A DNA stretch of 64,000 bases. Source: Ignavibacteria bacterium. Its GTDB lineage: Bacteria > Bacteroidota > Ignavibacteria > SZUA-365. The number at the start of each line of letters is the position of its first letter. Positions within the stretch are counted from its first letter, which is position 1. Both the position numbers and the translations under genes were made by a program. The DNA lies in assembly GCA_016720835.1 (NCBI GenBank), contig JADKJW010000009.1, positions 99,496-163,495 on the forward strand. The letters are read 5' to 3'. Positions 1 through 9,561 of the stretch are shown here, in pieces. The notes under the pieces were generated by a model, which was given only the letters and a program-made list of their open reading frames with translations, was not told the origin of the DNA and searched no databases.

Positions 1-808
1 CCGTGCGCGTCGCGAACATGTTCCGCATCCGCTCCTGATACGTGCCCGGCGCGAGAAGCACAAAGGCGACCAGCAGGACGGCGAGTCCGGCGAGAATGCG
101 GCGGTAGGAGACGATGCCGACGAAGACCGCCGCGAGCAGCAGCCCGAGCCAGCTGCTCCGTGTCTGCGTGAGGATCAAGCCGTACAAAGTGACGGCGCTG
201 CACAGCGCGAGGATGCTCCGGTCCCGCGTCGTCGCGCCCTTCCAGAAGAGCAGCGGCAACACCATGAGGAGCACGAGCATCTTCATGCCCGCGGAGGTCA
301 TGTAGTGCTGAAAAAATCCGAGGCGGGAGAACGCCTCCGCGTAGTACACCGCGATGTCGATCAGGGACTGCAGCCCCGCCGCGGCGGCGGCGATGAGGAT
401 AAAGCGCAGCAACGCGCGCTCGTCGCGCAGGACGACGGGCAACACGTACAGCACGCCGATCAGCAGGACGCGCCGGGAGTTCTCGAGCGCGTCGAGCGGA
501 TACACGGCGAAGACGACCATGCCGGCAACGGCCGCGAGGTACGCAAGGAGCTGCCAGTCGATGCCGCTGCGCGTGAAGGGGTTTCCGCGTTCCGTGATCG
601 CAAGGCCCAGACAGCAGGCCGCCAACACGCCGAACGCGATCGACGAGACCGCGATGGAGAAGAACAGTCCGGCCACTTGCACGGTGACGGCGACCGCGCA
701 CGCGGTGCGCAATGCGCGGGCCTTGCGCGCCGCGCGGAGCGTCGCGGGCGACACTGTCGCCTGTTCCTGCGCCGCGAGCGGCGTCGCGTCTTGCGCGGGT
801 CCGTTCAT
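1..808 (-). CDS. O-antigen ligase / Wzy_C-family membrane protein; the 3' end runs off the window
   Basis: My own minus-strand translation from ATG 808 gives MNGPAQDATPLAAQEQ..., then continuous hydrophobic helices including ...LYGLILTQTRSSWLGLLLAAVFVG..., a loop typical of O-antigen ligase-like proteins. It is absent from the ORF track because no stop lies inside the window. ATGA start/stop overlap with the upstream ABC gene at 805-808. Confidence 0.55.
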   Translation of the reverse strand, partial: MNGPAQDATPLAAQEQATVSPATLRAARKARALRTACAVAVTVQVAGLFFSIAVSSIAFGVLAACCLGLAITERGNPFTRSGIDWQLLAYLAAVAGMVVFAVYPLDALENSRRVLLIGVLYVLPVVLRDERALLRFILIAAAAAGLQSLIDIAVYYAEAFSRLGFFQHYMTSAGMKMLVLLMVLPLLFWKGATTRDRSILALCSAVTLYGLILTQTRSSWLGLLLAAVFVGIVSYRRILAGLAVLLVAFVLLAPGTYQERMRNMFATRT

Positions 809-2631
809 AGCTTGAACTGCAGATCGTACAGCCGCTTGTACAGCCCGCTGTCGTTGCGCATGAGATCCGCATGCGAACCGCGCTCGGCGACCCGCCCTCC
901 CTCGAGGGCGTAGATGACGTCCGCGCGCTGGATGGTGGAGAGCCGGTGCGCGATGACGATGGATGTGCGGCCGTCCATGAGATGCTGAATCGCCTCCTGC
1001 ACCAGCAGTTCCGACTCGGTGTCGAGCGCGGAGGTGGCCTCGTCGAGGATGAGGATGGGCGGATTCTTGAGGATGGCGCGCGCGATGGACAGCCGCTGCC
1101 GCTGTCCTCCGGAGAGTTTCACGCCGCGATCGCCGATGACGGTGTCGTACCCGTCCGCCGTCTCCACGATGAAGTCGTGGGCGTTGGCCGCCTTCGCCGC
1201 CTCGACAATCTGCTCGAAGGAGGAGCCCGGACTTCCGTAGGCAATGTTCTCGCGGATGGGCGCGTTGAAGAGGAACGTCTCCTGCGTGACGATCCCCATG
1301 AGGCCGCGCAGCGAGGTCAGGGTCAGTTCGCGGATGTCGGTTCCGTCGATGAGGATGGCGCCGCCCGTCACGTCGTAGAAGCGCGGCACGAGATCGACGA
1401 GGGTGCTCTTGCCGACGCCGCTCGGACCGACGATGGCGGCGGCGCTGCCCGCCGCGATCTCGATCGAGACGCCCGAGAGGATTTCCTCGCCGGTATCGTA
1501 GCGGAAATGCACGTCGCGAAACTCAATCTTGTGGCGGAACGCCGCGATGTCGCGCGCGCCCGGCGCGTCGCTGATGCGGGCCGGAATGTCGAGCACGGAG
1601 AAGACGCGCTGCGCGCCGGCGACGCCCTGCGAGACGCTGCCGATCATCTGGCCGAAGAACTTCAGGGGCTGCATCATCTGCAGCATCGCGAAGATGTAGG
1701 CCACGAACACGCCGCTCGTCATGCCGCTCTTCCCCGTCAGGATCGACTCGCCCAGGAACCAGAGGATGACCACCACCACCAGGACGCTCACGACCTCGGT
1801 GATCGGCGCGGTCATCTCGCTGCGGCGCATGATGCTGACGAACGTCCTGAAGTACCGCTCGTTGTGCGTCTTGAACCGCTCCGTCTCCTGCCGCTCGGTC
1901 CGGAACGCCTTGATGATGCGCATGTTGGCGAGCCCCTCGTCCAGCGCGGCCGTGATGTCGGCCATCGCCGTCTGCAGGCGGCTGCTCTCGCGGCGCAGGC
2001 TCTGCGCCACCTTCGCGAGGAACCACCCGGTCGCGGGCAGGAGGACGAACACCAGCATCGTGAGCTGCCAGTCGATCAGGAAGAGGATCACCGTGTAAGT
2101 CAGGATCTGCGGCGGATCGCGGAAGATGCTGTTGACCACCGCGATCGCGGAATCGTTCACCACCTTCACGTCGTTGACAATGCGCGAGATGAGCGTCCCC
2201 TTCTTCTCCTCCGAAAAATAGCTCATCGACAGCGTCGTCATGTGCTCGTACAGCTGCTGCCGAAGATCGCGGATGATGCCGTGCTCCGCGGGCGCCATGA
2301 ACCAGCTCTGAAGATAGTGGAACACGTTCTTCATCACGAAGCTGAGCACGATGAGCGCGCACAGCGCCTTGAGCGACTGCGATGGCGTGGCGGACGCGAG
2401 AAGGTTGTTGATGCCCGTCAGCGCCCACTCCTTGAACGTGTCGAGCGAGAACGGCGGCGCGGGCTTGAACTCCGGTTTCTTCGGATCGAAGAGCACGTTG
2501 ATGAACGGGATGATCAGCACCACGGTGGTCATGTTGAACACGACGAAGCCGAGCATCGACGCGGAGGCATACGACAGATTGCGCCTGTAGGGCCGGAGAT
2601 ACCGGAGAATGCGCGCGATGGTTTTCAGCAT
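805..2631 (-). CDS. ABC transporter ATP-binding/permease protein, MsbA-like exporter
   Basis: N-terminal multi-TM ABC membrane region, then Walker A GPSGVGKST, signature LSGGQRQR, Walker B ILILDEATSALD and IVIAHRL. Start taken as ATG 2631 (MLKTIARILRYLRPYRR). The 169 extra codons of track ORF 805..3138 overlap the GT2 gene. Confidence 0.9.
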   Translation of the reverse strand: MLKTIARILRYLRPYRRNLSYASASMLGFVVFNMTTVVLIIPFINVLFDPKKPEFKPAPPFSLDTFKEWALTGINNLLASATPSQSLKALCALIVLSFVMKNVFHYLQSWFMAPAEHGIIRDLRQQLYEHMTTLSMSYFSEEKKGTLISRIVNDVKVVNDSAIAVVNSIFRDPPQILTYTVILFLIDWQLTMLVFVLLPATGWFLAKVAQSLRRESSRLQTAMADITAALDEGLANMRIIKAFRTERQETERFKTHNERYFRTFVSIMRRSEMTAPITEVVSVLVVVVILWFLGESILTGKSGMTSGVFVAYIFAMLQMMQPLKFFGQMIGSVSQGVAGAQRVFSVLDIPARISDAPGARDIAAFRHKIEFRDVHFRYDTGEEILSGVSIEIAAGSAAAIVGPSGVGKSTLVDLVPRFYDVTGGAILIDGTDIRELTLTSLRGLMGIVTQETFLFNAPIRENIAYGSPGSSFEQIVEAAKAANAHDFIVETADGYDTVIGDRGVKLSGGQRQRLSIARAILKNPPILILDEATSALDTESELLVQEAIQHLMDGRTSIVIAHRLSTIQRADVIYALEGGRVAERGSHADLMRNDSGLYKRLYDLQFKL

Positions 2632-3485
2632 GCGGCCTCCGCAGGAGCCGATGCGGCAGACGGGAGCAGGCCCTGCTCGCACCAGGCGCGTCCGCGGGCG
2701 CGCACGTCCTCGAAGCGTCGTTCGGAGCGCTCCGATGCCGCGGTGCGCGGATGCCAGAGATGGTACTGGATGGCGCGATGCCGGAGCGCCGCGCTCCTCA
2801 CGCCCTGCAGCGCGAGCCGGAATTGAACGTCGGAATCCTCGCCGCTGCCCGGCCCATCGTACGTTTCGTCGAAACCGTTGATCGACAGGAGGTCGCGCGT
2901 GTGCACGGAGAAGTTGCTGCCCAGAATGCCCGGCGCGCGCGCGGGTCCGCGCGACGGGCCGTGAAGCGCCGATGCCTCGCTCCGGGAGAGGCGGATACCG
3001 TCCTCGAGCCGCAGCGCTCTGCCGCGCAGTCCTTCCCAGACTTCGCGGATGCCGAGCGATTCGTAGGCGCCGCTGCGCACCATGTCCAGCGTGAGACGCG
3101 AGGTCCATGCGGGACTGGTTTCCACGCGGCGACCGCACAGGACGGTGGCGGATTGCCGGCCCTCGTAATGATCGGCGAGAAAGCGCCTGTGCGGCAGGCA
3201 GTCTCCGTCGATGAACACGAGGTACGGCGACCTCGCTCGCCGCACCGCCTCGTTCAGGATCCTGTTCTTGCGCCAGCCGCGGTCTTCCTGCCAGACATGC
3301 GTCAGGGTGAAGCGCGGGCTTGCGCGGGCCTCATCGACCGCCGCGCGCACGGCGGGACCGGACCCGTCGTCGGCGACGATCACTTCGAAGCCGCCGACCG
3401 TCTGCCGCGCGCAGGCCGCGAGGATGAAGCGGAGGGCGTCGGGACGGTTGTAGACGGCGATGATGAGAGTGAGGGGCGTATGCAT
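2625..3485 (-). CDS. Family 2 glycosyltransferase
   Basis: LTLIIAVYNRPDALRFILAACARQT..FEVIVADDGSGP and FIDGDCLP are the classic GT2 N-terminal Rossmann and DxD features. 7-nt overlap with the downstream ABC exporter start. Confidence 0.85.
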   Translation of the reverse strand: MHTPLTLIIAVYNRPDALRFILAACARQTVGGFEVIVADDGSGPAVRAAVDEARASPRFTLTHVWQEDRGWRKNRILNEAVRRARSPYLVFIDGDCLPHRRFLADHYEGRQSATVLCGRRVETSPAWTSRLTLDMVRSGAYESLGIREVWEGLRGRALRLEDGIRLSRSEASALHGPSRGPARAPGILGSNFSVHTRDLLSINGFDETYDGPGSGEDSDVQFRLALQGVRSAALRHRAIQYHLWHPRTAASERSERRFEDVRARGRAWCEQGLLPSAASAPAEAAC

Positions 3486-3596
3486 GCGTTCCGTGATGCG
3501 TCAATCGCGGTCAATCTACGAGAAAATCGCCCGTCGCGAAAGGCAGCGTCAGGAGGTCGGGAGGAAAAGATGCGGAACTCGGCGATCCCGCCGCGC

Positions 3597-4370
3597 TCAT
3601 TGATTCACGAGACCGGCGCCGCCGCCCGTCACGTCCGCGGCCGCGTTCCGCGCATCGAAGGAAGGATCGAACTGCATGTCCCCGGCGGGAGAGGCACCGG
3701 CGGGCGCGCTCGCCGCGCGCGCAACGCGCGTCAGCGTTTCCGGCGCGATCCCCGTCGCGCCCTGCGTGACGAAGGTCGCGAAGCGGCCGTCGGCGTAGAG
3801 CAGCCAGACGTCGAATCCCTCGAACAGGTCAGGCACGAGACGCTCCCCCGCGAGAAGGGCGACCGTGGAGTCCCTCGAGAGCCGGTGCGCTTGCTGAAGG
3901 TAGGCGGCACAGATGGCGTAATGATTTTCACCCCTGCGCACGCGATGCGCGTCCGGCAGACGCGCGGCAAGCGCCTCGAAGCGCTCAGCCCGCGCGCGGT
4001 ACGACTCGTCAAGCTCCTCGATTTTGTCGAGAAGGCTTTTGCATGATTCATCGGGTTCGGCGCGCATCTGCGAGAGCAGCTTGTCGTGATCGCAGACGGT
4101 CACGGCCTCTTTCACCGATCCCGCGGTCAGACGGCGCTGCGCGGGGACCGTCTGGTTGTACGCCTGGAGCATGTCCCGCGCCGCCTTCTTCAGCGAGCGC
4201 ATGTCCCGCGCGCATTGCTCCATTTCCGTTGCCGTGGCGCGGAATTCCTCCACCGTGGAGACTTTTCCCGAACATGCCGGCAACAGGAGCAGCAGAAGAA
4301 GGAAGGGGAAGATGTATGGATGGGACGACGCGACGTCACCCGATTCGGTAGCAGCAGGTTCCAACCGCAT
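3597..4370 (-). CDS. Hypothetical lipoprotein
   Basis: 257-aa ORF with a hydrophobic leader FPFLLLLLLLPAC|SGK (lipobox LPAC). No recognisable catalytic motifs. Confidence 0.6.
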   Translation of the reverse strand: MRLEPAATESGDVASSHPYIFPFLLLLLLLPACSGKVSTVEEFRATATEMEQCARDMRSLKKAARDMLQAYNQTVPAQRRLTAGSVKEAVTVCDHDKLLSQMRAEPDESCKSLLDKIEELDESYRARAERFEALAARLPDAHRVRRGENHYAICAAYLQQAHRLSRDSTVALLAGERLVPDLFEGFDVWLLYADGRFATFVTQGATGIAPETLTRVARAASAPAGASPAGDMQFDPSFDARNAAADVTGGGAGLVNQ

Positions 4371-4471
4371 TCACTGTCTGTTCCACATTGTGGTGCGCGT
4401 CAGGCGCGAACAGCAAACATCGCACACCGCGATGCAAGAACCAAATGCGCTCCGCGCGGCTGCGGCCACGA

Positions 4472-5149
4472 TCAGAGCGTGATCGTCTCGCCGTATTCCA
4501 TGACGCGGCACGCCCTGCCCCGGGCCTCGACACCCGCCTTGAAGTGCTGCGGATCGGCCGCGATCACGGGAAACGTATTGTAATGCATCGGAATCGCGAG
4601 CCCGGGTCCGACGAACTCCACCGCTTCCACCGCATCGTCGATACCCATCGTGAAGTTATCGCCGATGGGGAGCATCATCGCGTCGATGCTGTCGCGGCGC
4701 CCGATGAGCTGCATGTCGAGGAAGAGACCCGTGTCGCCGGTGTGGTAGACGGTCTTTCCGCCCATCGATATGACCACGCCGGCCGGCTCGCCCATGTAGC
4801 GCCCGTCAGGGGAGGCCGAACCATGATGCGCGATCGTGAACTTCACCCGGCCGAACGGAAACACATGCGCGCCTCCGATGTGCATGTTGTGCGCGTTGCA
4901 GCCTTTATCCGCAACGTCATTGGCGAGTTCATTGACCGCGATGATCGTGCCGTTTCCCGCTTTCGCCAGAGCGATGGCGTCACCGAGATGATCTCCGTGG
5001 GCATGTGTCAGGACGATGAAATCGGCCGTCACGTCCTTCACGCTGACCGGGCAGGTCGGATTTCCCGTGATGAACGGGTCGATGGCGATGCGATGCCTGC
5101 CATCCCACAAGAGAAACGATGAGTGGCTGAGATACGTGAGTTGGAGCAT
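4472..5149 (-). CDS. Metal-dependent hydrolase, MBL fold (UPF0173-like)
   Basis: MLQLTYLSHSSFLL..., THAHGDHLGD (HxHxDH zinc motif), YHTGDTG and IPMHYNTF match the beta-lactamase-fold UPF0173 family pattern. Confidence 0.85.
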   Translation of the reverse strand: MLQLTYLSHSSFLLWDGRHRIAIDPFITGNPTCPVSVKDVTADFIVLTHAHGDHLGDAIALAKAGNGTIIAVNELANDVADKGCNAHNMHIGGAHVFPFGRVKFTIAHHGSASPDGRYMGEPAGVVISMGGKTVYHTGDTGLFLDMQLIGRRDSIDAMMLPIGDNFTMGIDDAVEAVEFVGPGLAIPMHYNTFPVIAADPQHFKAGVEARGRACRVMEYGETITL

Positions 5150-5444
5150 GGTTCAGTCCTCTCTTGTAATGCGGCAAAATACGGCGCCACGGCAAATTTG
5201 TCCAGCGGGGTGCGAGCGTATCCTGCCCGCTTAATTCATGCGCCAAACATCAATGTTTGAAGCTGCATGGCCATTCCGTTGCATTGACGAGCTTCCCTTG
5301 AAAGGCAATGCGCGAAAAATAGCACAAATTGCCTGCATGAGGCCGCATGCCGTGAGAGTCCCGCGATATTCCTGAAACAGGCCAGAAATGATCCGAATTC
5401 ATTGATTTTTTTCGGGAAAAATTTCACGAGTCCTTCATGTTCGG

Positions 5445-5475
5445 TTTGTAAATTGGATTCGAAATCGTAATTTTG
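5445..5475 (+). promoter_or_regulatory. Candidate FCB-type promoter for gdhA (TTTG-N19-TAnnTTTG)
   Basis: TTTG at 5445-5448 and TAATTTTG at 5468-5475 lie in the only strongly AT-rich spacer of the window, about 60 nt upstream of the gdhA ATG. Motif-level match only. Confidence 0.3.
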
Positions 5476-5476
5476 A

Positions 5477-6877
<1,401 letters not shown>

Positions 6878-6899
6878 TTCGACCCGCATCACCATGCGC

Positions 6900-6939
6900 A
6901 AGGCCGCTTCCTCTCGCGAGGAAGCGGCCTTTTCATTTT
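6900..6939 (+). terminator. Rho-independent terminator after gdhA, between convergent genes
   Basis: AAGGCCGCTTCCTC-tcgc-GAGGAAGCGGCCTT perfect 14-bp stem followed by TTTCATTTTC. Confidence 0.8.
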
Positions 6940-6964
6940 CCCTGCGGCGAGGATGCGCGACGGC

Positions 6965-9349
6965 CTAGTGGAAGCGGATGCCCTTCGAATTCTGATCGCC
7001 CTTCCGCCTTTTCGCACCGCCCTGCGAATGCTTCGATATCGGCATTAACACGAAGAGTTTGTCATCCTTGAAGCGATCCTGCAATTCGTCGATGAGCGAT
7101 GTCAACCCGTTCGGACCCTCGGGCCTTTCGATGACTTCCACACCATCGTCGTCCGGCGTGTCGTCCGTCCCGGACTCCCTGCCGTCGGACGCAGGCGAGG
7201 CATACAGCGCGTAATCCGGCGCTCTGGTCTCCTCTGCACCGTTCGCTCGCACCGCGGCAGCGATCTCGCGTTTGAGCATCGAGAACAGGTCCTCTTCTAT
7301 CTCGGCGCGCAATTTCGTTTTGAGCGCGTCAAACATGCCCTGCTCGGCTTCCGGCGGGGTCGATACGGTCTTCCGCGGAGCGGAGGCTTGGAGCGCGTCC
7401 CTGACTGCCTGAGCATTCTGCCGGGAGGGTGGCTGAGGCGTCGCAGCCTGCACGTGATGCACGTCCTGCAGCAGTTTCATCTCCAGCTCCTTCTTCAGCT
7501 GCACTTCCAGCTGCCGTCGCATCAGCGTTTCCGCTTCCTCCCGTTCTTTCCGTTCTTCCTCGACGGCGTTCCGCAGTTCGGACAGCTGCCGCACTTTCTG
7601 TTCCGCCCTCTCCCGCGCCTCCAATTCCGTGTTGAGGATGGACTTCAATTCGGAAACCTCGCCTGCCTGTTTTTCCATGCGCTGGCGGAGTTGACGCTCC
7701 TCTTCAAGACGCGCGCGATCTTCGGTTTCGAGGCGCGCTTTCCGTTTGTTTTCCTCGCTGGCGCGCCGGATATCCTCCAGCGCCTTCACCCGCTCCATTT
7801 CCTGCTGCACGCGCAGGCGGACTTCCTCGGCGGCCTCGCGCCGCGCCTCGTCGATCTTGCTTTCCGCCTCTTTGCGGACCCTGCCGACCTCTTCCTTGAA
7901 GCGGAGGTGATACTCCTCCTTGAGACGCTGTTGCCGCTCCCCGTGTTCGCGCGACAGCTCCGACGACCGTTTATTCGCTTCCTCTTCCATGCGAAGCCTT
8001 GCCTGAAGCTCCTCGCGGCGCTTGGCATCCGCCTCCAATGCGACCTGCCGTTCCTTCTCCAGCAGAAGCCGCAGTTTTTGGATCTCCTCCTGCTGCTGCC
8101 GGAGCAACGAATCCACATCCTCGCCACGGGGACTGGTCTGCACCGGCGGCGCTGCGACGGCGTGCGACGCTTTGGCAGGGGCGGGCGTTTCCGTGCCCGG
8201 CGCAGGGTTCGAAACTGCGGACGCAGCGGATTCGTCTTTCAGGAGATCATCCACGAACGTCAACGTGTCGCCGGTACTCACCACATTCAGCGTCTCCGGC
8301 GAAACAGCGGCCTGACGCACCGGCGCTTTTTCCAGCTCTGGCTTTGGGAGTTCGAGAAGGGCCGCGAGAACAACCTCAGGCTGACGTTCGGGCACGACGG
8401 GAATCCGGGGTACGGCGATTTTTGCCGGATCGCTCAACGCCGTCGCGCCCGCGGGAATGACCCGTTCCCTTGCGCTCCTGGCTTGTGCCGTCACCAGGGA
8501 GGCGGAAGCGAGAAGAGTGCGAATGCGGCTCTCCAGTTCGTTCGCGGTCGGTCGATGCTGCGGTTCCCGGTCCAGGCAATCGAGCACGAGACGAAGGAAT
8601 TCATCGGAGTAGGCGCCGACAAGTGAGGCGGGGGCGATCATCTCATCGACGATCGCGCTTCCCCCCCGGCCTTCCCATGGAGGCATGCCGGAAGCAAGTT
8701 CGTAAAAAAGGACTCCGAGGGAGAATATATCGTCCGTCGGAGCGCCGGATATCCGCACGAATCGTTCCGGCGACGCATATTTTTTATGAATGATGTTGTG
8801 CGGGCCGCGCACCAGGCCGAGGACATTTCGAACGATCCTGTTGATGCCAAAATCGGATATCAGCACGCTTCCATTCTGCGCGACAAACAAATTCTCCGGC
8901 ACAATATCGAGATGAACGAAGGAACTCTTGTGCAGGAACACCACGCCCTTCACGACGCGGAGAAACAGGTCGAGAAGTTTGCCTTCATCCCTCCGGAGCT
9001 GCGTATCGCGAACGGTCATGACGGAGCGCAGCGAGTTCCCTTCAACGAGAGGCAAAACGAGGAATGTCTTTTTTCCGGCGAGCCCGAGCGAGATCGGTGT
9101 GACGAGGTTCGCATTCTGTACGGTCAACGACGAGAATTCCCGCTGAAGGAGATGGAAAATCGACGTCTCAATCTCCTTTTCCGTTTCGAAGAACTTGAGC
9201 ACGCACGGGCGCTCGGCATCACCGGTTTTGTCCGCCTTCCAGACTGCCGTAGACGGGCCGTTCCCGATGGGATCAACGAGCCGGTACCGTCCGTCGATCA
9301 GCAGGCCGGACTGTAATTGCTCTTGATGTATTTCTGAAGCGTTGCTCAT
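6965..9349 (-). CDS. Atypical Hanks-type Ser/Thr kinase-like protein with a long E/R/K-rich helical region and acidic tail (paralogue 1)
   Basis: Kinase subdomains are present: VLKF (VAIK Lys), LLQREF (alphaC Glu), HLDIVPEN (catalytic loop), SDFG, YASPE, DDIFSLGVLFYEL and HRPT. About 200 aa of E/R/K/Q-rich sequence follow. Start could be 9370 or 9349. Confidence 0.8.
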   Translation of the reverse strand: MSNASEIHQEQLQSGLLIDGRYRLVDPIGNGPSTAVWKADKTGDAERPCVLKFFETEKEIETSIFHLLQREFSSLTVQNANLVTPISLGLAGKKTFLVLPLVEGNSLRSVMTVRDTQLRRDEGKLLDLFLRVVKGVVFLHKSSFVHLDIVPENLFVAQNGSVLISDFGINRIVRNVLGLVRGPHNIIHKKYASPERFVRISGAPTDDIFSLGVLFYELASGMPPWEGRGGSAIVDEMIAPASLVGAYSDEFLRLVLDCLDREPQHRPTANELESRIRTLLASASLVTAQARSARERVIPAGATALSDPAKIAVPRIPVVPERQPEVVLAALLELPKPELEKAPVRQAAVSPETLNVVSTGDTLTFVDDLLKDESAASAVSNPAPGTETPAPAKASHAVAAPPVQTSPRGEDVDSLLRQQQEEIQKLRLLLEKERQVALEADAKRREELQARLRMEEEANKRSSELSREHGERQQRLKEEYHLRFKEEVGRVRKEAESKIDEARREAAEEVRLRVQQEMERVKALEDIRRASEENKRKARLETEDRARLEEERQLRQRMEKQAGEVSELKSILNTELEARERAEQKVRQLSELRNAVEEERKEREEAETLMRRQLEVQLKKELEMKLLQDVHHVQAATPQPPSRQNAQAVRDALQASAPRKTVSTPPEAEQGMFDALKTKLRAEIEEDLFSMLKREIAAAVRANGAEETRAPDYALYASPASDGRESGTDDTPDDDGVEVIERPEGPNGLTSLIDELQDRFKDDKLFVLMPISKHSQGGAKRRKGDQNSKGIRFH

Positions 9350-9452
9350 CACGGTCCCAATGATAGCCAATACGTTTTTTCATCAATTTTCGTACCACGT
9401 CACGAACCCTGAATTTTCGCAGGAAACGGCAAACGCCACTGCATGTCATTAC

Positions 9453-9487
9453 AGAAACTGCATAACGGTACAATTTTTGCAGTTTCT
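9453..9487. repeat. 10-bp perfect inverted repeat in the spacer between the OmpA-like gene and kinase paralogue 1
   Basis: AGAAACTGCA (9453-9462) and TGCAGTTTCT (9478-9487) are separated by a 15-nt A/T-rich loop. No flanking U-run on the minus strand. Confidence 0.5.
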
Positions 9488-9561
9488 CAAAACGCCCAAT
9501 CCTTGTGTTTTCTGTATGAATCTCGATGGACTGTCTGGACGGAATCAGTACAGACTGCGGT

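Noticed and set aside
871-2826. 651-aa + strand ORF opposite the ABC exporter gene. Similar long antisense ORFs occur at 17753-19648, 20889-22517, 24643-27537, 33612-35624, 39419-41155, 48155-51322, 55829-57847 and 60147-61436.
   Set aside because: They are Arg/Ala/Gly/His/Asp-rich, low-complexity translations with no motifs. Each lies exactly opposite a gene with strong family signatures. They are typical shadow ORFs of high-GC DNA.
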